From assembly GCA_041744215.1 (NCBI GenBank), contig JBGTLG010000033.1:96001-160000 (forward strand): a stretch of DNA of 64,000 bases, written 5' to 3'. How positions within the stretch are numbered: the first letter of the stretch is position 1; each line of letters begins with the position of its first letter. Both the position numbers and the translations under genes were made by a program. Origin of the DNA: Fimbriimonadales bacterium. GTDB lineage: Bacteria; Armatimonadota; Fimbriimonadia; Fimbriimonadales; ATM1. This document shows, in pieces, positions 25,954 to 36,747 of this stretch. The notes beneath the pieces are model-generated. The model worked only from the letters and a program-made list of their open reading frames with translations. It was not told where the DNA came from and did no database searches.

Positions 25954-27783
25954 ATGAGTGGACTGAGAGTTTGGCTGGTCGTTGTGGTCGTCGGGCTGTT
26001 TTGGTGGCCGGCGAGCGCGCAGGTCGCCGGGGCGCAGCGCGCCACGGTGATCTCTGGCGAGTATATGGAGACGGTCGCGTGCTATCTGGACGAGGGCCGA
26101 GAAGAGAGCTTTTACACGCTGACCCTGGAATCTGGGGCGGTGTACGACCTGGATTTCGCGCCTGGGGTTGAACACCCTGAGCCTGGCGCGTTTGTGACCT
26201 TGCGCGCTACGGTGCGAGACAATCGCGCCCGTGTTTTGAGCGTGCTGTCTTCTGAGATGCCGGTTATGCCGGACAACGGCAACTACACGCCGATCGGCGA
26301 GCAAAAGATCCTTGTGCTGCTGATCAATTTCCAAGACGCGACGACAGAGAACACAACGCCAGCGACGGTTTACAACCGGTTTATGAGCCCAACGAGTTCG
26401 GTCAACAAGTGGTATCAGGAGACATCGTTTGGGAAGATGTGGATCGATGTCGACGTGTTCGGCTGGTACACGCTTCCGGTGAATCGAAGCTGCGACCCGA
26501 ACGGCTGGCGCGATCTTGCGATTCAGGCTGCGTCGCCGCACGTGACGTTTGCCGACTATAACCGGCTTGTGCTGCTTGTTCCTGGCGGTGGCGGCTGCAG
26601 CTGGGGCGGGCTTGGCACGCTTGGGTTTAGCAATTTGAGCACCCCTCAAGGCACTTGGCGAACTACGACGTCTTGGTGCCGATCGGAGTATTACAACGAC
26701 GTTCGGCAGGCGATTGCGATCAGCACGCACGAGTTGGGCCACAACTTGGCGCAGCATCACGCGAGCTCTCGCGCTTATGTCGGCGAGACGCTGGGCTCAT
26801 TCGACACGAACGCTGCTGGCGGAACGCAGGACGAATACAACGATCGTTTCGACACGATGGGCAACTGGAACTTGGGTGCGTATAATGCGCGTCACAAGTG
26901 GAATCTCGGATGGTTCGATCCGGGACATGTTGTCACCGTAACCGCAAGCGGCACGTATCATTTGACGCCGTACACGCTTTTCTCGACTGGGCCGAAGGCG
27001 CTGAAGGTGTTTCGCGGATACGGTCCTTCGACGCAGCGAAACGAGTGGCTGTATCTGGAGTGGAGACAGCCGATCGGATACGACACTGACATCAACTGGA
27101 ACAGTGGCATCAACTATACGGGTGCGCTGGGGCATTTCCATTGGAACAACAACAATACGCGGACGCACTTGCTCGACTTCCGGCTGCAGAACGGATTTTT
27201 GGATTCCGCGCTGCAGGTTGGGACGTCTTGGACTGACAACTATCGGTCGCTCACGGTGCAAGTTGTTTCGATCAACGCTGGTGTGATGACCGTCAATGTG
27301 AACATTGGGTTTTTCGGTGTGAATCGCAACCCGACGTCATACACGATTACGCGTGGCGAGCATGTTTCGGGTGGGTTGTCTGACATCTTGTCCAGCGATG
27401 ACAGCCGCTTGGTGATTCGCAACGCGCCGATCTTGAATCTTTCGGAATCGGAAGTGATGGTTGTGTTCAACGGCACTTCGCAGGTTTCGAATCCTGCCGC
27501 GATCAGCTTCAAGATCGAGGGTCATACATCGACAGGCGGCCTAAGGAAGATGGTTGAGCTGTATAACTTCTCGACGAGTCAGTGGGTCGCGACCGATTGG
27601 CGGACGACGTTTGTTGGAACCGATGGAACGCATGTTTTTGCGGAAGAGAATCTGCCGCAATACGTTCAGTCTGGAACGAACGCGATTCGCGCTCGTTTGC
27701 GGGTTGACGGTCAGCTTGCTTTCTCGCCGAGTTGGCAGGTGCGCATCGACCAGGCGATTTGGCAAGTGTTTCCCAGATCGTAA
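25954..27783 (+). CDS. Secreted zinc metalloprotease (M11 gametolysin / M6-like) with C-terminal beta domain
   Basis: Signal peptide; HELGHNLAQHHA; EYND.FDTMG; KWNLGW; YLEWRQ; ggagg RBS. Confidence 0.82.
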   Translation: MSGLRVWLVVVVVGLFWWPASAQVAGAQRATVISGEYMETVACYLDEGREESFYTLTLESGAVYDLDFAPGVEHPEPGAFVTLRATVRDNRARVLSVLSSEMPVMPDNGNYTPIGEQKILVLLINFQDATTENTTPATVYNRFMSPTSSVNKWYQETSFGKMWIDVDVFGWYTLPVNRSCDPNGWRDLAIQAASPHVTFADYNRLVLLVPGGGGCSWGGLGTLGFSNLSTPQGTWRTTTSWCRSEYYNDVRQAIAISTHELGHNLAQHHASSRAYVGETLGSFDTNAAGGTQDEYNDRFDTMGNWNLGAYNARHKWNLGWFDPGHVVTVTASGTYHLTPYTLFSTGPKALKVFRGYGPSTQRNEWLYLEWRQPIGYDTDINWNSGINYTGALGHFHWNNNNTRTHLLDFRLQNGFLDSALQVGTSWTDNYRSLTVQVVSINAGVMTVNVNIGFFGVNRNPTSYTITRGEHVSGGLSDILSSDDSRLVIRNAPILNLSESEVMVVFNGTSQVSNPAAISFKIEGHTSTGGLRKMVELYNFSTSQWVATDWRTTFVGTDGTHVFAEENLPQYVQSGTNAIRARLRVDGQLAFSPSWQVRIDQAIWQVFPRS

Positions 27784-27792
27784 GTTGAATCG

Positions 27793-27829
27793 ATCGGCCC
27801 GCGCAATGCGTATGCGCGGGCCGATTTTG
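27793..27829. terminator. Intrinsic terminator between convergent genes
   Basis: atcggcccgcgca / tgcgcgggccgat 13-bp stem followed by ttt. Confidence 0.75.
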
Positions 27830-27831
27830 TT

Positions 27832-28740
27832 CTATCTGGCGAGTTGCGCCTGGTTTTCTAAGAGTGTGCCGAGGTCGATGATCATGCCTTGTCCACCGCC
27901 ATAGACTGCGGGGAGAGTGCCGTTCCATTTTTCGATCCATTCGCGCGCTATAACCAGCGAGCCGCCTTGGACTCGTAGCGCGTCTGCGTTCAGCTTCGCA
28001 GATTCGGACTTACCTTCCGCGATCGTTATCGCGGTTTGTTTTTCGAGTTCCGCCTTTTGTAGGATGTATCGTTGCTGTTCTGCTTGCTGTTGGGCGACCT
28101 GCTTTTGCTCGATCGCTTTGTTGAACTCGGGTGAGAAGTCGAAGTTGGTGATCGAAAGCCCCGCTGGCTCGACGAGGATGTTGTACGCACCGAGCCTTTC
28201 GGTGATGTCTAGCTCGACCTCCGACTTGACTCGCGCGCGGAGCTTGATGAGCTCTTCCGCGGTGTATTGCGCGGTTACAACTTTGATCGATTCTTGGACG
28301 GCGGGATCGATGATTCGCGCCTTGTATTCTGTGCCGACGTTTCGGTAGAGCGTGTGGACTCTGTCTGGATCGACTCGAAAGTTGAGCGCGAGCGTCGTGC
28401 TGACGATTTGGAGGTCTTTCGACGCGGCGGAGGCTTCGCTCTGCTCTTTTTGCGTTCTAACCTCCATGAGGATCACCTCTTGAAGAAACGGGGCGATGAG
28501 GTGGAAGCCCTCTTGCTTCAGGCCGCGGACCGCGCCCAGATGGAGCAAAACGCCCCTGTGTCCTGCCGGCACGATAACCGCGCAAGCCCAGAGCACCCCC
28601 CCGACGAACATGACCAGACCCACGACCCTCGCGATCCAAGCTGTGGGCGCGAGGTTTGATTTGTCGGAGGTCTGTCGATTGAGACCCCCGATGATGAATG
28701 AAAGAACGAAAAGAACGATTCCAAAAAAGGCCAGACCCAT
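27832..28740 (-). CDS. Prohibitin/SPFH (band 7) family membrane protein
   Basis: VPAGHRGV, ASKDLQ, NFDFSPEFNKAIEQKQVAQQ and IEKWNG; aggag RBS. Confidence 0.92.
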   Translation of the reverse strand: MGLAFFGIVLFVLSFIIGGLNRQTSDKSNLAPTAWIARVVGLVMFVGGVLWACAVIVPAGHRGVLLHLGAVRGLKQEGFHLIAPFLQEVILMEVRTQKEQSEASAASKDLQIVSTTLALNFRVDPDRVHTLYRNVGTEYKARIIDPAVQESIKVVTAQYTAEELIKLRARVKSEVELDITERLGAYNILVEPAGLSITNFDFSPEFNKAIEQKQVAQQQAEQQRYILQKAELEKQTAITIAEGKSESAKLNADALRVQGGSLVIAREWIEKWNGTLPAVYGGGQGMIIDLGTLLENQAQLAR

Positions 28741-28809
28741 CAATGTTTCTCCTACTGATTCACGGACGGTTGGCGTCCGGGGTTGCGATTCTGGCTTATC
28801 TTGCGTTTT

Positions 28810-29145
28810 CTAAACAAACTTCCAGTGGTCGCTCATCTCGATCAGCCTCTCGACTTGGCTGCAGCCGTAGACCGGCACGATGAACTGGCGATGTTTGGGG
28901 AAAGGGCGGCCAGCGTAAATGCCGAGGACTTCCAATGCTTGTGTGAGGCGTTTCGCACTCGCTTTGGTGTCGACGGGGAATCGGAACTCATAGCCCTTTT
29001 TGTAGTTTTTGGACGTCTGCTCGATTTGTTTGTCGGCGCTTCTCCACCGCAAGTAGGCGTTTGCGGCAAGGTGCTCGAGCACGAGCTTCTTGGCGCTTCG
29101 CGGCGTCATGGTATTGCGGGTTGTCCGGGCGTTCGTTTGCGTCAC
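28810..29145 (-). CDS. Small basic hypothetical protein, possible LAGLIDADG-like fold
   Basis: 111 aa; YEFRF..SAKRLTQALEVLGI..FIVPVYG..QVERL pattern. Confidence 0.55.
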   Translation of the reverse strand: MTQTNARTTRNTMTPRSAKKLVLEHLAANAYLRWRSADKQIEQTSKNYKKGYEFRFPVDTKASAKRLTQALEVLGIYAGRPFPKHRQFIVPVYGCSQVERLIEMSDHWKFV

Positions 29146-29278
29146 TTCAACTGGTCGGAAGTATACATGAAGTAAGGGGCGATTTGAAGCCGAAAGGAGG
29201 TAGAATTGAAGCCTTCGCAGGGGGCTGGCCGTCCATAAGGCGGCTGCTTGTTCCAGACATTATAAAAGGAGATTTCGC

Positions 29279-31738
29279 TTGCCCGAAAACGAGTCCATCG
29301 TCGAGAAAACGCTCATTCATGAGGAGATGTCGCGCTCCTATGTGAACTACGCGATGAGCGTGATCATTGCGCGCGCGCTTCCCGATGTGCGCGACGGCTT
29401 AAAGCCTGTCCAGCGGAGGATTTTGTATGCGATGCTGGCTGGCGGATACACAGCGGATCGTCAGCGAACGAAGTGCGCGAAGATTTGCGGCGACACAAGC
29501 GGAGAGTTTCACCCACACGGCAACGAGGTTATCTATCCGACGCTGGTTCGGATGGCGCAGGATTTTTCGATGCGCTATCCGCTGATCGATCCTCAGGGGA
29601 ATTTTGGAAACGTCGATGGCGATCCGCCTGCCGCGATGCGATACACCGAGGCGAGACTGAGCAAGATCGCGATGGAGATGCTCGAAGACCTCGAGCGCGA
29701 GACGGTCGATTGGACTCCAAACTACTTGCAAACAAAGAATGAGCCGCTGATGCTGCCGGCGAAGTTTCCGAATCTTCTATGCAACGGCGGTTCCGGCATC
29801 GCGGTCGGCATGGCAACAAACATGCCTCCTCACAACTTGGGCGAAGTCGTTGACGCGGTGTTGCTGCGAGTTGAGAACCCGGACTGCACAGTCGACGACG
29901 TCTTAAAGGTATTGCCCGGTCCCGATTTTCCGACGTACGGAATGATTCTCGGGACGAAGGGGATTCGAAGTATGTATGAAGGCGGCCGAGGAAGCATTAT
30001 CATGCAGGCTAAGACCGCGATCGAGCCGACTGAAGGTGGGCGCAGCGTTATCGTCGTCAGCGAGATTCCTTATCAGGTCAATAAGACGACACTCATCGAA
30101 CAAATCGCCAAGATTATTCGCGACAAAAAGCTGGATGCAATCAGCAACGTTGAGGACTATTCGGACCGGCGCGGTATGCGACTTGAGATTTTCGTCAAAC
30201 GCGAAGGAAACCCCAACAAAGCGCTGAACTACCTGCTTAAGCACACTTCTTTGCGAACGACGTTTGGCGCGTGTATGCTAAGTCTCATTGACAATGTCCC
30301 TCGCGTTGCGCCGATTACGCAACTGCTGGATGAGTACATCGCCCATCGACGAAGGGTGATTACAAGGCGTACGCGATTCGACCTCAATCGCGCTCTGGAA
30401 GACGCGCACATTAGCGAAGGTTATCAAATCGCGCGGGCGAATCTGGATGAAATCATCAAGATCATTCGCGGCGCAGATGATCCCGAAGACGCGCGCAGAC
30501 AGCTTGTCCGGCGGTTTGCGATGACGATGTTCCAAGCGAATGTCATCTTGAACATGCAGCTTCGGCGATTGACGCGGCTTGAACAGCAGAAGCTCGAAGA
30601 AGAGTACAAGAGCATTCTTCGCAAGATTGCGAATCTCATGGACATCCTCAACGACAAGAAGAGGGTCGACCTGCTGATGCGCGAAGAGCTTGAAGACCTG
30701 CGCAAGAAGTTTGGAGACGAGCGGCGCACGAAGATTCTTCAAATGGAAGCCGGTGAAATCGGCGACGAGGACATGATCCCCGACGAAGACGCGATCATAT
30801 CCGTCAGCCGAGACGGCTACATCAAGCGGATGAGCATCGACGCGTATCGCGCACAGCGGCGCGGTGGCAAAGGCGTCGTCGGAACACAGCTGAAAGCGGA
30901 AGACGACGTCTCGCACCTCTTCCAAGTTAGCACGCACCACTTCATCTTGTTCTTCTCGGACAAAGGGCGCGTGTATCGGTTAAAGGCATACGAGATTCCC
31001 GAAAGCGGACGGTATTCAAAGGGAACGCCGGTCATCAACTACATCCAAATCGAAAGCGGCGAAATGATCACCGCGACGCAAAGCGTTAGGGACATCAAGG
31101 GCGAGGGCTATCTCGTCATGATCACTCGCCTCGGCGAGATCAAGCGAACACCGATCAACGCGTTCCAAAACCTGCGGGCAAACGGGCTTCGCGCGTTCGA
31201 CATTGAAGACGGCGACGAACTCAAGTGGGTGCTGCGAAGCAACGGCAAGCAAGATATCCTCATGATCACCCGCGAAGGGATGAGCATCCGCTTCAATGAG
31301 AGCCAACTCACCGGGCGCAGCCGCGCCGCGGGTGGTGTCCGAGGCATCAAGCTGCGGAAGGGCGACGAGGTGGTCGCCGCCGACATCGTCGAGAATCCCG
31401 AATTGAGCGTGCTGGTCGTTGGCAGAAACGGCTACGGCAAGCGGACTCCGATCGAGGATTACCGCCTCCAGGGGCGCGCCGGAATGGGCATCAAGACAAT
31501 GCAAGTCACGGCGAAGACCGGCCAGGTGGTTGGGGCGGAGATCGTCGATCCGGATGACCAACTGGTTCTGATGACCGAGAAGGCCAAGGCGATTAAGCTG
31601 AGAATCAAGGAGATCCGCATGGTCGGCAGGATCGCCCAGGGCGTCAAGCTGATCAACCTGGGGCAGGACGACCAGGTGAAGAGCCTCGCACGGCTGGTCA
31701 AGGACAGCGACGACGGCGAGATCGAGGAAGAGGAGTAG
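29279..31738 (+). CDS. gyrA: DNA gyrase subunit A
   Basis: [23 protein letters not shown] (catalytic Tyr), GyrA box QRRGGKG, beta-pinwheel repeats, acidic tail. Confidence 0.97.
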   Translation: MPENESIVEKTLIHEEMSRSYVNYAMSVIIARALPDVRDGLKPVQRRILYAMLAGGYTADRQRTKCAKICGDTSGEFHPHGNEVIYPTLVRMAQDFSMRYPLIDPQGNFGNVDGDPPAAMRYTEARLSKIAMEMLEDLERETVDWTPNYLQTKNEPLMLPAKFPNLLCNGGSGIAVGMATNMPPHNLGEVVDAVLLRVENPDCTVDDVLKVLPGPDFPTYGMILGTKGIRSMYEGGRGSIIMQAKTAIEPTEGGRSVIVVSEIPYQVNKTTLIEQIAKIIRDKKLDAISNVEDYSDRRGMRLEIFVKREGNPNKALNYLLKHTSLRTTFGACMLSLIDNVPRVAPITQLLDEYIAHRRRVITRRTRFDLNRALEDAHISEGYQIARANLDEIIKIIRGADDPEDARRQLVRRFAMTMFQANVILNMQLRRLTRLEQQKLEEEYKSILRKIANLMDILNDKKRVDLLMREELEDLRKKFGDERRTKILQMEAGEIGDEDMIPDEDAIISVSRDGYIKRMSIDAYRAQRRGGKGVVGTQLKAEDDVSHLFQVSTHHFILFFSDKGRVYRLKAYEIPESGRYSKGTPVINYIQIESGEMITATQSVRDIKGEGYLVMITRLGEIKRTPINAFQNLRANGLRAFDIEDGDELKWVLRSNGKQDILMITREGMSIRFNESQLTGRSRAAGGVRGIKLRKGDEVVAADIVENPELSVLVVGRNGYGKRTPIEDYRLQGRAGMGIKTMQVTAKTGQVVGAEIVDPDDQLVLMTEKAKAIKLRIKEIRMVGRIAQGVKLINLGQDDQVKSLARLVKDSDDGEIEEEE

Positions 31739-32099
31739 CCCCTCGCAGGGCGTGGTCGTTGCCGCACGGTCAGTTAGCTCCAGCAAGGCCCGCCCCGGCG
31801 CAGTCGCAGGTTCAAATGTGGAAGGTGCGACGCTACGTTCCCTAGGGATTTCGCCACGATTCCTAGGCAGGACAGTGCGCCGCCTATTCGTAAGGCATAG
31901 ATTCCCAGTCCGCGCGCCCAGATTGGTAACGAGAACGCAGAGCCGCATACGGCCCAGCACCGATCCTTACCAGTTTCGGCAGGTAAAAGTGACAGTTCTG
32001 AAAAAATCGTGCCCCTTGGCATACCAAATGTTGATATACTGTGCGATGCTCTGACTCCATGGACAGGGCAAATTTGAACAAAGAGGAGAGATATCTCTA

Positions 32100-32795
32100 A
32101 TGAAAAGACTATTAGCAATCGCTGGTATTGCAGTCATCGGCGGGGCGGCCAGCGCCGTCATCTTCGAATATTCGGGCGGTGCCGTCACGATTCCCGACGG
32201 TGCGAGCAGCAACACGCCCGGGGCAGCCGCGCTCGCGACGATCAACATTCCGTCCATCGGTGCGGACACGATCGTTTCGATGAACGCCGCCCTCGTGGTT
32301 CGGCACACTTGGCAGGGCGACCTGACCTTGCGGATCATTACCCCTTGGAGCAGTTCCATCGAGTTGGTGAACCGGCCAGGAAGATCTGGTAGTTCGACGT
32401 TTGGCTTCTCGAACGACAACTACGGCATGCCGGCCGCCACTCGAGGCAACTACGCTGAGTACATGATCTTCAGCGATCTTGGCGCTGCGATGTACGCGGA
32501 ACCGGATGTTGTTACACCAGGCATCACGGATGTCACCGGCGTTTGGCGCGCAAGCACGCGATCCGACTCGGGTACGACAAACACCGCCGCCGCTACTGTT
32601 GTCGGCATGAACAGCATGGTGGCGGGCCAGAGCATCGTTGGAAATTGGTCGCTTGAGGCGATCGACTGGGCCGGAACCGACACAGGCGCGATCGCGCACT
32701 TCGCCCTCGAGTTCCAAACAGTTCCTGAGCCTGCAACGATGGCTGTGCTCGGTCTCGGCCTCGCAGCGCTCGCAGCTCGCCGCCGCCGGAAGTAA
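32100..32795 (+). CDS. PEP-CTERM surface protein with proprotein-convertase P-domain-like fold
   Basis: Signal peptide; HTWQGDL, GNWSL; C-terminal VPEPATMAVLGLGLAALAARRRRK. Confidence 0.9.
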   Translation: MKRLLAIAGIAVIGGAASAVIFEYSGGAVTIPDGASSNTPGAAALATINIPSIGADTIVSMNAALVVRHTWQGDLTLRIITPWSSSIELVNRPGRSGSSTFGFSNDNYGMPAATRGNYAEYMIFSDLGAAMYAEPDVVTPGITDVTGVWRASTRSDSGTTNTAAATVVGMNSMVAGQSIVGNWSLEAIDWAGTDTGAIAHFALEFQTVPEPATMAVLGLGLAALAARRRRK

Positions 32796-32926
32796 CTCCT
32801 AAAGCGCAAGCTCGATCCAGACTCGGCTGGAGCCAAAAGGCTTCAGCCGATTCGCTTTTTGCGCACTATGCAAGCAGTTTTTCCGTCAGAATAGGGTAGG
32901 TGCAAATCCCACGGAGGAGTTGAGCA

Positions 32927-34135
32927 ATGCGTCGTTTCTTTATCGCAAGTTTGGTATTGGCAGTGGCGGCGGCTGGTCAGGCGACCGGCTGGCAACGAGT
33001 TTCGGTTTACATCGCGGACGATAAGCAGGCCCAGGCTGTGGCCGATTGCTCGCTTGGGCTGTTCTCCGAGGACATCGTTCTCGGGATGACGGATATGATT
33101 GTCGGGCCCTCGGACTGGCCCGAACTCCTCGGCCTCGGTCTGCCTTTCAAGATCGTCTCTGCGCTTCCAGACCCAGCCGGCTGGGACAAAGGGTACGGCG
33201 CGGGCGATTCGAACTGGGAGACTCAGTACCTTCGCTATAACGACATCCTCGCGGTTTATGAGGGCTGGCGGGCGGCTGACCCGAACCGAGTCACTCGAAC
33301 ATCGATCGCCAGTTCGTGGGGCGGACGTCCGGTTTATGTCTACAGGTTCAGGCAGACCCTGTATCGGATACCCGGATCGCCTCCTAGAAAGAAGATGGTG
33401 ATCATTGGTGGGACGCACGCCCGCGAGTGGATCAGCCCAGCGGTGACGATGTACCTGTTTAACAAACTGCGCACCGAACCGAGGACGAACCCGGCGCTTT
33501 TCTCGCTGATCGATCAGTTCGACTTCTACTTCGTTCCCGTGCTCAATCCGGACGGCTACGAGTTCTGCTGGACGGACAACCGGATGTGGAGAAAGAACAG
33601 GCGAAACAACGGTAGTTCGTTTGGTGTTGACTTGAACCGAAACTATCCTAAAGGGTGGGGCGGGCAAGGCAGCAGCGGCACCCCGTCGTCGGAGACCTAC
33701 CGGGGGCCTGCGATCTTCAGCGAGCCCGAGACAAACGGACTTCGGCTGTTCCTCGACTCCATCGGAGGAGAGGTCGCAGGCTTCATCGATTACCACAGCT
33801 ATGGCCAGAAGATCCTGTGGCCGTGGACGTACACGACGACTTCCCTTCCCGAACCCGAGCGAACGTGGCATTTCAATGCTGGCGCGGCCTACCGGAACGG
33901 AATCTTGGGCGCGGGCGGCCTCAATCACCAGCATGGACAGGCGTCGAGCACATTGTACGTTGCTGGGGGTACGAGCAAGGACTGGGGCTGGGACGCCCTC
34001 GGCGCCATCTCGTTCACTGTCGAGATGCGGGACACAGGCACAAACGGGTTCCTGCTCCCCGCTGATCAGATCTTGCCGACAGGCGCGGAGAATTGGGGCG
34101 GGCTAAAGTCTTACCTTCAGTATTTGGCCCAGTAG
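32927..34135 (+). CDS. Secreted M14 zinc carboxypeptidase
   Basis: HAREW, NPDGY, WRKNRR, GVDLNRN, DYHSY and FTVEMR. Confidence 0.93.
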   Translation: MRRFFIASLVLAVAAAGQATGWQRVSVYIADDKQAQAVADCSLGLFSEDIVLGMTDMIVGPSDWPELLGLGLPFKIVSALPDPAGWDKGYGAGDSNWETQYLRYNDILAVYEGWRAADPNRVTRTSIASSWGGRPVYVYRFRQTLYRIPGSPPRKKMVIIGGTHAREWISPAVTMYLFNKLRTEPRTNPALFSLIDQFDFYFVPVLNPDGYEFCWTDNRMWRKNRRNNGSSFGVDLNRNYPKGWGGQGSSGTPSSETYRGPAIFSEPETNGLRLFLDSIGGEVAGFIDYHSYGQKILWPWTYTTTSLPEPERTWHFNAGAAYRNGILGAGGLNHQHGQASSTLYVAGGTSKDWGWDALGAISFTVEMRDTGTNGFLLPADQILPTGAENWGGLKSYLQYLAQ

Positions 34136-34190
34136 CTGGATCCTCGCGGTATACTCGGTCGTCTGATTCAGTAGAGGAGCCGTACTTGCC

Positions 34191-34913
34191 TTGAAGTTCA
34201 AATACGCAGCTTTGATCGCCCTTTTGTTCGCCGGACTCGCCGCTGGTTGTGGCGGCGGTGTTAGGCAGGCAAAGATCTTCCACCGGTTCACCAATATCGT
34301 GCCGGATGTGGCCACAGCTGATTTCTACGTGAACGACGATTTGTCTGGAGTCGGGATCGGATATGTGGCTTCGACCTCTTACACGGAACTCGAGGACGAC
34401 GAGAATTACACGTTCTATGACGGTTTTGAAGGTGGCACACAGAACGTGCTCGATTCGATCGCAGTTCAAAAAGAAAACAAGGTCAGCACTCACATTTTCG
34501 CTTGCGGATTTCAGTCACCTGGCTCGCAGCAGCCAGGGGTCAGACTTGTCCCTGTGACAGTTACAAGGACCACGCCATCTGGCTCAAACGCTCGACTGAT
34601 ATGGGTCCACGCCTACGCCCGCGCTCTGGGGACGCAGACTCCGAAAGTCGACATCTATCGGACTGGAAAGATCGCGCCAGAGATTGAGGACATCGGATTC
34701 GGCGAACACCGAGTCGGATTCCTCGCAGCAGGGACTTATACGATTGAGGTTCGAATCGCGGGCGCAATCCAAGGGAATCTCTTTTCTCGGACCGGAGTCG
34801 TGCTTGAGGCAGGCAAAATCTACATCGTTCTTCTGAAGGGTGTTGAAGGCGAGGCAGGAGTGCTTGAACCCGACATCATCCTGATCGAAGAGCCGGACAA
34901 CAACAATCCCTGA
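34191..34913 (+). CDS. DUF4397-like lipoprotein
   Basis: LAAGC lipobox; ARLIWVHA..PKVDIY; AGTYTIEV; LEAGKIY. Confidence 0.75.
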   Translation: MKFKYAALIALLFAGLAAGCGGGVRQAKIFHRFTNIVPDVATADFYVNDDLSGVGIGYVASTSYTELEDDENYTFYDGFEGGTQNVLDSIAVQKENKVSTHIFACGFQSPGSQQPGVRLVPVTVTRTTPSGSNARLIWVHAYARALGTQTPKVDIYRTGKIAPEIEDIGFGEHRVGFLAAGTYTIEVRIAGAIQGNLFSRTGVVLEAGKIYIVLLKGVEGEAGVLEPDIILIEEPDNNNP

Positions 34914-34933
34914 GCCCCGGTACAATTACCCCT

Positions 34934-35647
34934 ATGGCCGTTAGCGAGCACTCGCTGCGCGTTCCGGCGTCTTGCCGTCCTGGCGATCATCACAAGACGA
35001 AGCGCGGCACCACTGAGATCGTCGAGGAATACGTCGAAGGCATCTTTCGGCTCGACGAGGCTATGGAGAAAGTGACGACGGGCGAACTCGCGGAATACAT
35101 GCAGGTATCCGCCGGGAGCGCGACCTCGATGGTGAAGAAACTCTCCCAAATGGGCCTCGCGAACTACACGCCCTACAAGTCGGTAACTTTGACGGCCGAA
35201 GGGGAGGCGCTGGCAAAGCAACTCAGCCGGACTCACCGAATACTTAAGCGGTTCTTGGTCGACGCAGTCGGACTCCCCTGGAACGACGTGCATGAATTGG
35301 CTTGTAAGCTCGAACACTACATTTCTGGCGATGTGATCGACATGATGTACGAGAAGCTTGGGCGTCCATCCAAATGCCCACACGGAACGCTAATCGACCT
35401 TGATGCTCCTGACAACAGCTTGCGACTTGAGGATGCAGAACCCGGAAGAGAAGTTCACGTGTCGAAGATTACCAATGAGCGCTTTGAGTTTCTGAAGTTT
35501 CTTGAGGACGCGGGTTTGCTGCCAGGTGTTCGCGTCATCGTCATTGACGCGGCGCAGGGTGACGATCTCATGCACATCAACGTCAACGGAAAGCCCATGA
35601 GTGTCGGTCGTGAAGTCGGCCGCCATGTTTGGGTGGAGCCTGCGTGA
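34934..35647 (+). CDS. DtxR/MntR-family metal-dependent repressor with FeoA-like domain
   Basis: EEYVEGI, HRILKRFL, ACKLEH, CPHG and C-terminal GLLPG. Confidence 0.92.
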   Translation: MAVSEHSLRVPASCRPGDHHKTKRGTTEIVEEYVEGIFRLDEAMEKVTTGELAEYMQVSAGSATSMVKKLSQMGLANYTPYKSVTLTAEGEALAKQLSRTHRILKRFLVDAVGLPWNDVHELACKLEHYISGDVIDMMYEKLGRPSKCPHGTLIDLDAPDNSLRLEDAEPGREVHVSKITNERFEFLKFLEDAGLLPGVRVIVIDAAQGDDLMHINVNGKPMSVGREVGRHVWVEPA

Positions 35648-36747
35648 CGACATTTCCGCGGACTTGGGCGGAGGTCGATCTCGGTGCAATCAAGCACAAC
35701 TTGGCCCAAATCCGGTCCCTGCTTCCTGCCGAAACGATGATCGGGCTCGTCGTTAAGGCCGATGCTTATGGGCACGGATTGATCCCGGTATCCCGTATGG
35801 CGCTACGCTCGGGTGCGGACTGGGCATGCGTTGCCACAGTGCAAGAAGGCGTCGCGCTTCGCGAGGCTGAAATCGACGCGCCGGTCTTGATTCTTGCTCC
35901 GGCTCTCGAGCTGGAAGCGCAGCAAGTTGTGTTTTATGATTTGCGATGTCAGATCGAATCGATTGAAGTTGCGCGGGCGCTCTCGAAGGCCGCGGTTGAA
36001 CAGCGCAGAACTGCGCGCGTGCACATAAAGATCGACACAGGGATGAGTCGGTTCGGCGTTCAGGTGGAGTCTGCGGCACAATTCGCCAAGGACGTTGCCG
36101 TTCTCCCTGGGATCGAGATCGAAGCACTTGCCAGTCACTTCGCCTTCGGTGGAGGTCCGCGCGAATTCACAGCACAACAGTTTGAGCAGTTTATGACAGC
36201 AGTGTGTGAAATCGAGGCCGCTGGAATCAAGCCGAAGATTCGACATACAGGCAACAGCGCCGCAGTGATTCGGTTTCCCGAAGCGCACCTTAATTTGGTT
36301 CGCGTCGGCATTCTCGCCTATGGGATCAGCCACATTGGAGACTTGTCACTCAATCTCCGTCCTGCGCTAACCTGGAAGGCACGAGTGATGGCGATGCGAG
36401 ACATTCCGCCGGGGCGGAAGATCGGTTACAACTGCACGTATGAGACCGACCGACCTTCTCGAATCGCAACGTTAGGGGTCGGGTATGGAGACGGCTATCA
36501 CCGCGCACTGAGCAACCAGGGCAACGTTGTGATTCACGGACAACGCGCACCGATTCGCGGACTCGTGTGCATGGATCAAATCATGGTCGACGTTACTGAC
36601 ATTCCAGCCGCAACGATTGGGGATGAGGCGATCCTGCTTGGCCAGGAGATCACCGCCGCTGAACTCGCGGCGATCGTTGGGACAACTCCACACGAGATGC
36701 CAACGCGAATCATGTCCCGCGTTCCGCGCAGCTATCACGGACAATGA
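35644..36747 (+). CDS. alr: Alanine racemase
   Basis: VVKADAYGHG, HIKIDTGMSRFG, GYGDG and VCMDQ; GTGA overlap with the regulator. Confidence 0.96.
   Translation: MTTFPRTWAEVDLGAIKHNLAQIRSLLPAETMIGLVVKADAYGHGLIPVSRMALRSGADWACVATVQEGVALREAEIDAPVLILAPALELEAQQVVFYDLRCQIESIEVARALSKAAVEQRRTARVHIKIDTGMSRFGVQVESAAQFAKDVAVLPGIEIEALASHFAFGGGPREFTAQQFEQFMTAVCEIEAAGIKPKIRHTGNSAAVIRFPEAHLNLVRVGILAYGISHIGDLSLNLRPALTWKARVMAMRDIPPGRKIGYNCTYETDRPSRIATLGVGYGDGYHRALSNQGNVVIHGQRAPIRGLVCMDQIMVDVTDIPAATIGDEAILLGQEITAAELAAIVGTTPHEMPTRIMSRVPRSYHGQ

Noticed and set aside
29279-31738. parC assignment or intein in the topoisomerase gene
   Set aside because: The GyrA box QRRGGKG is present and the length is normal with no insertion.
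31760-31830. tRNA-like GGTTCAAAT after gyrA
   Set aside because: No complementary T-stem, acceptor stem or anticodon arm.
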